Shown here: piece by piece, positions 50,981 to 64,000 of the stretch
Layout of the letters: each line of letters begins with the position of its first letter
Position numbering within the stretch: the first letter of the stretch is position 1
Source: Eledone cirrhosa
Lineage: Eukaryota
Assembly: GCA_964016885.1 (NCBI GenBank)
Contig: OZ024741.1
Span: 384,338,001 to 384,402,000, forward strand
Length of the DNA stretch: 64,000 nucleotides
Direction of reading: 5' to 3'
The notes under the pieces: generated by a model
What the model saw: the letters and a program-made list of their open reading frames with translations, nothing else
Databases searched by the model: none
Told to the model about the DNA's origin: nothing
Position numbers and translations under genes: made by a program

Positions 50981-52155
50981 TACATATAATAGAAATAATT
51001 GCACTGATTAGTCGCCATGGATAAAATCAAATCTCACTACTACATAAATACGTTGTCCTTAAGATAGTCGTAGTCTTGCTTGTATATATATATTTATGTG
51101 TATGAGAACCTGTGTTATTTTTATGGTGTGTGAGTGTGTCTCTCTCTGTATGTGTGTCTCTCTGTGTGTGCGTCTGTACGTCTGTTGTGTATTTGTGTGT
51201 CTGTGTTGTATGTCTCTGTGTGGGAGTCTGTGTGTGTCTCTGTATGTATATGTATTTCTGTGTCTATGTGTGTCTGTGACTGTCTGTCTATGTCCGTGTG
51301 TGTATGTCTGTGTGTCTTTGTATGTGTGTGTCTGTGTGTCGGTGTGTCTCTGTATGTGTGTGTCTGTGTGTGTATCTGGGTGTGTGTCTGTGTTTTTGTA
51401 TGTGTGTGTGTGTCTGTCACTGTGTGCGTGTGTCTGTGTGTACCTGTGTGTCTCTGTATGTGTGTTTCTGTATGTGTATCTCTGTGTATATGTATGTTGT
51501 GTATTTGGGTATGTATATGTGTGCCTCACCCTGGTATCAATTCATATTATCGCATCACACTTCTATAAAAAAATATAATAATAATAAAATGTATCTCAAG
51601 TTCGAACTTGTTCAGACACAATCACAGAACAATATCTGTGAATGTGAAAATCAAACGGAACATATTTTTTTCAAACAATCGATGCAATTTATCTGAAATT
51701 TGTCAAATCATTTGATCATAGCATAAGAATTAAATAGCAAGAAAAAGTATCTTGTCGATTATATAATGCTTTTCTGTTACAAAAAAAATAGAGAAAGAGA
51801 AAAACAAGATTCTTTTTGTTTTTTGGGGGTGGTTTTGTTAATTTCTTTTTTTTTTTTTTACTTTTCAGATCGTTTCATCGTTCGAAATCATTTTGAAAAT
51901 TAAAAAAAGGGTATTTTTATTTCATCATTTCTTTTCGTAATTGTTCTCACAGAGATTCTGAATTTAAAAAAATAAATAAACGTGAGAGAAAAATCATGAA
52001 ACACATAATATGAGTGAAATTTCTACATGAAAAGTTAAAATTTTCGAAAAAATATATAAGAAAATGTGTATACAATTTCATTAAATCATTTTTATATGTA
52101 TTTTAAATACCTTTTCCTACTGTTCACGTATACTTCTAGCTTTCTTGCTCAATCT

Positions 52156-52208
<53 letters not shown>

Positions 52209-52398
52209 TCTCTCTCTCTCTATGTATACATATATGCATGAGTAAGCGTCTGTACATACATACATATGTGAATATATATATTTATAATTTTCTTTCGCTT
52301 GCACGCTCTTGCTTGAATGTCTCACACACATTCTCTCTCTCTCTCTATTTAACTCTCTCTATCTCACTCTCTCTATCTCACTCTCTCTCTCTCACCCT

Positions 52399-52459
<61 letters not shown>

Positions 52460-53996
52460 TCTCTTTTAGTTCCGCTCGCTCTCAATCACTGCCTAATCTT
52501 AAAAATCTCACACATTTGCCAACCACAATCATCATATCACTTACAATTATCGACATAATATTCGTTATTTTCCTTTTAAAAACTATTTCCATGCATAGAA
52601 GTTATTATAATAGAACTGAAAGACATCCGTAGCGCGGAATTCTATTTCAGTTACAGACAACAATCATAGGAAGAAAAAACAAGTGAGCGCTATGATTATT
52701 TAACAAAAAGAGAAATCTGCGCTCTATCTAATAGTTGTAAATTAATACCTCAATGTCAGGCTTGTTATTTACGCTCTGTTGATCCGTTTCCGTTCTTATA
52801 TCATGCTGAGAAAACATAGCTTTTTTCAATAATATGAAGCCAATCTAGTGACTCCTTTGCATGGCATAGATAAAGAGTAAGTTATGAGCCTGTACGTGGC
52901 TGCTTGACATACTAAAAATGGTAACCAAATATCACTCAAATCATGGTCTAACGCCTTAGGTAAAGTAGTCTGAATACACTATGCCTGTAAAAGGATTGTC
53001 GGGATGAACAAAATTTGAATATCTTTGGTCACAGATATATTCAATCAAGGAAAATGCGACAAAATATCTACAATAAGTAAAATTTACCTTAAGCCTTACT
53101 AATTTCCCCAGCCTTTTCATTCTTCCACTATCAATTCATACCTTTAAATTTTGTTAGTTTTATATGCACTTTTGCATGTTTTTTATGTATCTTGCATTTT
53201 ATCAGTAGTGCTTGCGAGCGACATAACATAGAGCCTGATATATGGTCGGGTTGTCGGTGACCAAACTGGAAACATCATCAAACATACTTGGCGAGGGGAA
53301 GAATTTGGAGTATCCAGCGAGATGAGGAGCAAAATCACTCAAAGAGTGGATGAAGTCAAGAGCATCAATGGCCATCTAATAGTGTGTGTGTATATTCTTG
53401 TTCACATATACGTCTATTAACATGTTTATATTAATGTTCATATCAGAAGGATATTCTTGCCTGAAACCTGCGTTGTTTGTAGTCTCCAGACATTTTACTT
53501 TGTTTTAGTATGTTGCTAGCTTAACCACTTCGGGTATTTAGAGATTGGTTCTCGTGTCGATAGCCATTAAACAATTTTATGTGTGCCAGCTTTCAATTTC
53601 CGTATATTTACCCTCTACCCAACAAAACTCTTGGTGCCACATGCAGACAGTGAATTAGAGCAATGACTGTTAGAATAATGAAATTTAGCGCTATTCCACT
53701 TAGAGCAATTGACCTCTTTTGAACAAAATTAAGAACTGCGAAATTCTGAAGAATATTATTCTGAGCAATGGAATTAGAAATATGAGAGTTCACCAAGTTT
53801 GCATACAGATAGGGTCCATTTCAACGGAATGGTCTAAAATTGTTCAAAGATATTTCACCAGGGATGAACATCCCATTCCTCAAGTAAGTTTTGGTCTTGC
53901 TTGAAATTGCGGGGATAGTTTCAGTTCATCGAAGATTTTTCTCACTCACCATATTCTGATTGTGAAGCGAATGTGTGTATATCTCTCTCTCTCTCT

Positions 53997-54070
<74 letters not shown>

Positions 54071-54084
54071 AGAGAGAGAGAGAT

Positions 54085-55977
<1,893 letters not shown>

Positions 55978-56774
55978 ATATATATATACTTTTTCCTATA
56001 TATCTCAAGTGTGAAGAACTAATACCACACTGTTCTTACTGCATTCTTTGTTATTGTTTTTGTTTTTTGTTTTTTACTTACACATATATACATATATGAC
56101 TTTCTTTATTTATTCTTTGTATGAAATATTGATTGTTTTACCTGTATCTCATGTCCGATTTTTCCTGAGAAAATACATCTATGTGTGTATAAATAATACA
56201 TACATATATTTATTTTTTTATATCCAATTGAGTTCTTCACGCGTGGTTAAAATTCATGACAGAATTAATTGACCTGCGTATATATTATTTTATGTTTTAC
56301 GATGACCTCCCCTTCCCGTTTGGGGACAGTGTGAAATTTCTTTTTGAGACTGCTGGAATTTCAAATTTGGTGGTCATTCTAGCACTGACGGGACCATCGC
56401 TGAATATTAATGTCAGTATGTTTTTTTTTATATTGATATTGCTGGGCATCCACTGATGAGTTATAAGTGCCCACCTTCATGTATACCTATGGACTATATG
56501 CAGGCTTCTACATAACCTGGACATTATTTTCCCAATTTGTAGAAAACTTATAACGAAACGATCGTTTGGATGGAGAGATGTATTTAATTATGTCTCATAT
56601 AAAATAGTACAGCCGGCTATCTGCAAAATACAATATATTTAGCACCCCAAACATATAATTAGGGTTATACTCAGGTATATCCTAATGTTTGTTGAGTGAG
56701 ATGGATGTCGGTCGGAGTATTGCTTAAAGCTTTCTCTGTTAATGTATTAAGTTAATGTATTAATGTATTAAGTA

Positions 56775-56876
<102 letters not shown>

Positions 56877-57396
56877 CATTTTTTTTAGCTGAATCCAACA
56901 ACAACACCACTACCAACATAAGAATAGAGGTCAGATGTACCTAACAATAACAAGAACAACCACTACAGATTGGCTTGCCTCAGAACGAATTTCTATAGAC
57001 TTTTGAATGAGGAATGTTCTAACAACTGACCAATGAGAGGAGAAGAGGCCCTTTGACGCTGAAATTCGTTGGTTTAAATTCATATGATTCCAGTTCCTCA
57101 GTGAAATAACAACCCAACCAGGAACTGGGCATATCAGAGTATTGACAAAGTTAAATACTTCAACAACATGTGTACTCGTCTCTACCACACTAATTCGGAC
57201 TGCCTGAAAAGGTCACAACCAAAGATGGCTGTCACCGAAATATATATAGCAGTAATAAACGAAGCAAAATTTTAAACATTTGACTTATTTATTTTATTTT
57301 ATTTTATTTTATTTTATTTTATATATATATCGTATTTCTTTAGAAATACGAAATTTCGATACATATCTGTATACAGCTATGCATGTAGCTAAATCC

Positions 57397-57443
<47 letters not shown>

Positions 57444-57445
<2 letters not shown>

Positions 57446-57690
57446 TTTCTCTTTCTCTTAATTTCGAGTATATTTTTTTGACCGGCCACCTTCCTGGTGG
57501 CAAGGTTGTAAAAGAAAAGAAATTGTCATCCCTTGAATCGCAAGAATGTTTTGCATATTTTGAAGGTGCCAGCTATCGCAGCCATTTGTAGACTATGAAT
57601 TAGGGAGCTGCGCTTTTTGTCCGCAAATCCAAGTTCGGTCATACTTTGGTCCAAGCGGGTTGGTATATAACCCGTAGCACCAATAATGAT
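57444..57690 (-). mobile_element. Shorter 3' fragment of Dong-like family III
   Basis: Near-identical to 46529-46772, with TATG repeats at both ends. Confidence 0.85.
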
Positions 57691-57896
57691 GTGTATGTAT
57701 GTATGTATGTATGTATGTATGTATGTATGTATGTATGTATGTATGTATGTATGTATATATAACGAAGGAATTGTGGTAAGGAACCAGATGGGTCATAACG
57801 CACCAAAGTACTCAATACTTAGGGTGGTAGAGTGGGTAATACTCCAGAAATAGCCGTCGAAACGGCTTGAGCTCTGCCGTCGAGGTCATACTTGTT

Positions 57897-57923
57897 CATA
57901 TATATATATATATATATATATAT

Positions 57924-57963
<40 letters not shown>

Positions 57964-58123
57964 GTATATATATGTAAATATATATATATATATGGATATA
58001 TATATGTAAATATATATATATATATGGATATATATATGTATATATATATATATATATGGATATATATATGTATATATATATATATATATGGATATGTATA
58101 TATATATATATATATATATATGG

Positions 58124-58161
<38 letters not shown>

Positions 58162-58242
58162 ATATATATATGGATATATATATGGATGTATATATATATA
58201 TATATATATGGATGTATATATATGTATATATATATGGATATA

Positions 58243-58299
<57 letters not shown>

Positions 58300-58318
58300 A
58301 TATATATATATGGATTTA

Positions 58319-58356
<38 letters not shown>
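57897..58356. repeat. Interrupted (TA)n microsatellite
   Basis: Direct reading. Confidence 0.95.
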
Positions 58357-58358
<2 letters not shown>

Positions 58359-58533
58359 GTGTGTGTGTGTATGTATGTATATAGCTATGCATGAAGCTAA
58401 TTCTATTCTATTAAAAGTTGGGCCAATTTATGCAGCTTCATATGCAAATGAGATTAATCACCTCATTTACACAGACGAGAAAACTATATATTCGCGCCTG
58501 TTTTCAGGTCCAACAGTTGCAAATGTGGGAGGG

Positions 58534-58575
58534 TCGTCCTGATGAGAACCAGTAAAGTTCGAAATGCATCAACGA
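58534..58575 (+). ncRNA. Minimal hammerhead ribozyme in a short pLTR-like repeat (~58385-58740)
   Basis: tcgtc CTGATGA gaac-cagtaaa-gttc GAAATGCAT C aacga. The 3' end of this repeat recurs at ~57330-57402. Confidence 0.72.
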
Positions 58576-58759
58576 TTGTCCCCCTTGCTTCTGCTGGACA
58601 CGAACATAGGGCGTTAGCCCCGGTGTTTTGCATAGCTACAGCTTTCTAAATGTTTATTTATATACATGTCGTATTTCTTTAGAAATACGAAATTTCAATA
58701 CATATCTGTATACAGGTATGCATGCAGCTGAATCCTAATTATATATATATATATATACT

Positions 58760-60134
58760 AACCCTGACCCCCACACATCCACCCACCACCCCGCAACTAG
58801 CATCACTAACACACCCCGACCCCAAGAACACGAACACACACACCCACTTACACCACCCACTCTACACGCAACTAACATCACTAATACCCCCAACCCTACG
58901 CACACGAACACACAGACCCTCTTACACCGCCCACTCTACACACCCTACCACCACTGACCCCCACTCACACCCGCATTCAATCCTTTCCCCACCTCCAGTA
59001 CACTAACACCCACTAACACCCCCTTCACCACACACACTCACACACACACCAGTACACTACACTCCCTCCACCGTCCCCCTCACCCTTCTCTCCCCGCTCC
59101 CCCACACCCTTTCTCACACACACACATATCCCACTAACACCTCTACTAATACACACACACCCCTCCTCACTCCAACTTTCACACCTACCCATCCTCTCCC
59201 CTGTCCACCGCACCTCCGCACACACTGACACACCGACTTTCTTCACTTACCATTCTACCCGACTGCTGGCTATGCCCTTATCTCTGACCACCTCCCCGCA
59301 CACACAGACACACAACCCTCCTCTTGCCTTGACCCTCTGACCACTTCCTGTTGCGCGCGCACCCCACATCTCCCCTCTTCCGACCAATCTCTTCACGGAT
59401 TACACATATGTGAACATCGATCCCTAGAATCCACCACATCCCAAGGATATTACCCAGCATTTCACCACATCCTCTACGGAACTACCTTAAGGACTCACCC
59501 ACTGACATACACTCAAAAAAAAAATTTTCCCACACGCCACCTACATCCACAACACACATAAACACCACACAGACACGTGCGTACCACCACATATTTACAC
59601 ACTCAGCCTCCGGAATCATCTCCCCCCACCCCTCTGACCCCTCCCCATCCACACACACTCCGACCTACACCCCACCCCACACACACCTCTTCATGAACAT
59701 GCAACCCCGTTCTTCCCCCAACTCTTACTTTCACATACACACACACACACACACGCACACGTACACCTACACACACACACCACCTTCGGCCCTCCCCGCT
59801 CGGACACCCCGCCTCCTTCTCCCCACTCCACCCGCCAAAACCCCTACACGCCCCACACCCTTCCACCACCTGTTTCACTTCATGTTTATTTTTATTTTTA
59901 TAATGCTTTTATATTTAATTTCATTTGTACCGTTTCCTCTCACCCCCTTTTTTCTATATGTCTCTCCACCACTCCCCTACACAGCCTTGGAACTCTCTTC
60001 CTACACACTTTCCACCTGAAGAAGGGCTTATGCCCGAAACGTCGTTCCCCACCATCACCCCACTCTCAAGAGCGTAAAACTAATAAACCTTTGTTCGTAC
60101 TGCCTCTCTGTTTTGTTCCCGTTCAATTTTTTAC

Positions 60135-60135
<1 letters not shown>
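58760..60135 (+). mobile_element. Non-coding C/A-rich Penelope-like element (copy 2)
   Basis: Homologous to 54085-55248. Hammerhead at 60013. Confidence 0.7.
60013..60046 (+). ncRNA. Minimal hammerhead ribozyme
   Basis: Identical core to 55128-55160. Confidence 0.75.
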
Positions 60136-60195
<60 letters not shown>

Positions 60196-60242
60196 AAAGA
60201 GAGAGAGAGAGGGAGAGAGAGAGAGAAAGAGAGAGAGAGATT

Positions 60243-60279
<37 letters not shown>

Positions 60280-60296
60280 GTGTATATATATATATA

Positions 60297-60339
<43 letters not shown>

Positions 60340-60526
60340 CGGAGGAAATGTGGTAGGGAACCAGATGGACCATAACGCACCAAAGTACTCAATACTTAGG
60401 GTAGTAACGTGGGTAATAGGAACGAGTAGGACCCCGACGGCTGAGCTCAAGCCGTTTCGACAGCTAATTCTGGACTGAATTAGCCGTCGAAACGGCTTGA
60501 GCGCAGCCGTCGGGGTCCTACTCGTT

Positions 60527-60575
<49 letters not shown>

Positions 60576-60727
60576 ACATAATAAAATGCTGTAGTTTGCT
60601 TGACACATTGTATATAATACTAGACCACCCGTGAGCCGTTGGGTCACGTTCACTTCAAAATATTTTTTTTAAATCATGTTCACTTAAACATAATTCTTAA
60701 ATAATTAAAATATACAAAGACATGTAT

Positions 60728-60915
60728 ATAATTGTTTCTACTTTTGGCACAAGGCCAGCAATTACCCAGTACATTACCGGTACTTTATTTTATCGACCCC
60801 GTAAAGATGAAAGGCAAACTTAACCTCGGCGGGATTTGAACTCAGATCGTAAAGAGACGTAACTACGCTGGAAAGCATGTCCGACTCTCTACCGATACTA
60901 CCAATTCACCGCCCT
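60728..60915 (-). mobile_element. tRNA-derived SINE, full length
   Basis: Reverse complement of the 8038 family, from ggcggtgaattggtagtatcgg to the tail. Confidence 0.85.
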
Positions 60916-61051
60916 TGTATATAATGTGAAATGAAACTAGAAGGCCCATATATATACGTGTGTGTATTTATATATATATATGTATGTGTGTGTATATATA
61001 TATGTGTCTATGACCAGTGCATATAGATCACAGACACCCATTTATATATAT

Positions 61052-61082
<31 letters not shown>

Positions 61083-61367
61083 CACACCCATTTATATATA
61101 TACATACACACACGTATATATATGGGCCTTCTAGTTTATATATAAATTGTATATATATAAATTGAAAGCTGGCACACATAAAATGTATGTATATATATAA
61201 ATGTGTGTGTGTGTATATATATATATATAGATGTGTGTGTATATATATAAATGGGTGTCTGTGATCTATATGCACTGGTCATAGACACACACACACATAG
61301 ACACACGCGCATATATATATACACAAAAACACATCCAGCTCTCTCTCTGTCTCTTTCTCTCTCTCTC

Positions 61368-61426
<59 letters not shown>

Positions 61427-61493
61427 CTCCTTCTCCGTCTCTTCTTCCTCTCTATATCTCTCTTTCAATCTACTCTCTCACAACCACTCTCTT

Positions 61494-61562
<69 letters not shown>

Positions 61563-62191
61563 CTATCTATCCATCTATCTATCTTTCTCCCTCTTTCTCT
61601 GTTTATGAAGGTGCCCGGAAAAACCCCGTATCTCGGGAACACGTGCACCGATTTACGCGAAACTTATTTCATTTGTATTCCCATTTCAGGGTCAACTTTC
61701 TTTCAAAGTATTTTCCCCTTATGCGCCCTTTTGGCTGTATTACTTTACAGACAAGCAAGTAAGCAATCACAGTGAATTAGTAGTGTATAGATATAATGTG
61801 TAAAGTATTATATGCAATAAAGCTAAACAATGCAAAATGGACAGATATCTTACTGTCCATTTTGCATTGTTTTGCCTTATTACATATATCACTTTCTGCC
61901 CTATACAGATAAATGCCTCAATAGAAACATAGTATATGAATGTAGAGTTACAACTAAATAAGTAAATTATTGGAACCAATTATTTAACATTCATGAACTG
62001 GAGCGACTGACCCCTCTGGTAATTTGATACCTTCTTACCATCCAAATAATTTCAGCTAGAATAGCGTCTCACGCATCCTATCTGCTTACTATAATAGACA
62101 TCTAAATCATATGGCTACTGGAGTGGAATGTTATCAGAACGCTCATAACTCCAGTAGCATATAAAAAACAAAAACACCACAACTTTACACC

Positions 62192-62258
62192 TGCCTGAAG
62201 AGAACACGTCAAAGAGTTATCATGCAATCACTTTGACGTCTTCGAAAGACGTATAACA
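62192..62258 (+). ncRNA. Degenerate hammerhead-like motif with extended helix II
   Basis: CTGAAGA gaa-c-acgtcaaag...ctttgacgt-c-ttc GAAA gacg TA, AATAAA downstream; helix I is poor. Confidence 0.45.
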
Positions 62259-63022
62259 TGATTATATAATAAACAGAGGATTTACATTTAAAACAGCTCT
62301 CTCTTCTTTATAATGTGAGGGTGGTGGGGTGAATGTCGTGGAGCACCAAAAAAATACAGTGAGATCTGTATAGAATGTCTGGGGACAGATATACTGCTGC
62401 TGTCTAAAATGAGCTTACAACCTTGCATGCAAAGCAAACGGCAGCAGTGTCAAACTCCCATATACTTCAATAGGCAACCAAAGAAAGATGGAAAGTTATG
62501 GAAAGGGCGGAAACAATGTGGGCTGCAGCAGGTAAAAGAGTTAAAGGATATATATAACAATCAATATAACTTAACATTTATATAAACGAATACGATTTAT
62601 TGCTATTTTCAATTGTAACCATGTTTCAAAAAGTCTATGTTGCTATTGTTGTTGTTGGTTAGTCGCAAATCTATACTGATTGAGCAGCCCTATGATCAAA
62701 AACGTTGAAGCTACAATCATACAGTCTTTATTTTTCAAGTATTCTATATCCAGAATTACATTATCCCGGATAAATATGTCTCCGTATGGTGTTCTTTAAA
62801 ATATATTCTAATTTTGACTCAAGTTGCCCGTATGCTGTTATTCATTTTTTACTCTAAAACTTCATTCCAGACGTCGTCTGTTGATGTAAACTATCTACAA
62901 TAAACTTTCACCATTGAATTCTAGCATTCACCATTGAATTATAGACTTGATATTATATATAAAGACATATTGTGTCCATTATCCATCATTCTGTGTGTGT
63001 TTTTTAATATACACACACCCAT

Positions 63023-63122
<100 letters not shown>

Positions 63123-63196
63123 TAGTGAAATAGAGTTTCGGCCGTATTTTTGACTAAGTAAATTAGACTAATAGTTGGAGTTATAAAAGCCCACAG

Positions 63197-63366
63197 ATTG
63201 GAAAAAGGATGAGCATTGACGTACATGGGGCACGAACCCACATCTTTGGCTATCATGACCACTGTGTTAACCATTACACCAATACGTCACGTATTTGGTG
63301 TAATGGTTGATAGCCAAAGATGTGGGTTCGTATCCCATGTACGTCAATGCTCATCCTTTCTCCAAT
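63197..63366. pseudogene. Head-to-head palindromic pair of tRNA-like sequences
   Basis: Minus copy 63217-63288 has a 7-bp acceptor stem, A box TGGTGTAATGG and B box GGTTCGTGCC. The plus copy lacks ~14 nt of the D/anticodon region. Confidence 0.6.
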
Positions 63367-64000
63367 TGTTAGATAATACAGTACCGAATTTTTTAACAAA
63401 TATATTTATTGGTTTACAATTGTTTCAGAAACTAGATCAAAATTCAATTCATAAAATTTAAAATTGATGATTATATAATCGATAAGAACAGATGATAATA
63501 AAACTGAATGACAGAACTGGCCTCATCTTCAGAACCAAAACGAAAATAAACATAAAATTCAAAAATACATGTCACTGATGGTGGGGACTACAAAAAAAGA
63601 TGAAAGGCAAACCATAACACTTATCATTCGATAAACCGAAACAGAATTAAAATACTTTCTAAAATCAAAGAAGTTAAACGTTTAAATAATGGCTGAACGA
63701 TAAAACAGGAAGTAAGCAGGTTGTAAATAGCAAGGGGCATAAATATGATGGAAGGGAGACTATTTGATAATAAAAGAATTAAAATCTGGTTCTTAATTGA
63801 AGTTAATGTTGATATACTAATGAGATATTTAAAAAAGGATGAGAAGTGTTATTATTATTCATTACGGTAGAATAATAAATAAATATAGGTGTGAAAAGAA
63901 ATAGCGTGCAATATTACTCAAGAGAGTTAATATGAATGGAATCATTAAGAATAAAATAATTAGAGGAACTAATGTATATTTTGACAGGTGGAGCAAAAAT

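Noticed and set aside
53640-53890. Possible host exon ending in CAA|GTAAGT
   Set aside because: No convincing acceptor, no recognisable domain and no partner exons. It needs RNA-seq or BLAST.
56931-57210. Possible minus-strand exon (ttttcag acceptor, WLGCY-like peptide)
   Set aside because: The suggestive peptide lies in a frame with stops, and the open frame has no recognisable homology.

Overview
Repeat-dense eukaryotic DNA with no host gene I can support. Microsatellite density and the SINE family suggest a cephalopod such as Octopus (inference). The main structure is a ~32 kb train (6176-38430) of non-LTR retrotransposons, almost all joined by (TTA)n/(TAA)n tracts. On the + strand are three near-full-length, mutated L1/Tx1-clade elements (my labels A, B, C), their truncated or chimeric copies, and SINEs. 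On the - strand are R4/Dong-type restriction-like-endonuclease elements of two families and an RTE 3' end. The Tx1 families share a 3'-terminal CUUGU stem-loop with the local SINE and a conserved AG|GTAAGT motif at the ORF1 stop. Outside the train are a decayed Penelope-like element with a ~44-copy in-frame 12-bp expansion, several minimal hammerhead ribozyme motifs (one with a U3-A8 core variant), Dong-like fragments inside (TATG)n, CRE and RTE remnants, hAT and Tc1/mariner MITEs, a tRNA-like palindrome and many microsatellites. Coordinates were read by eye and may be off by a few bases, more at decayed edges.
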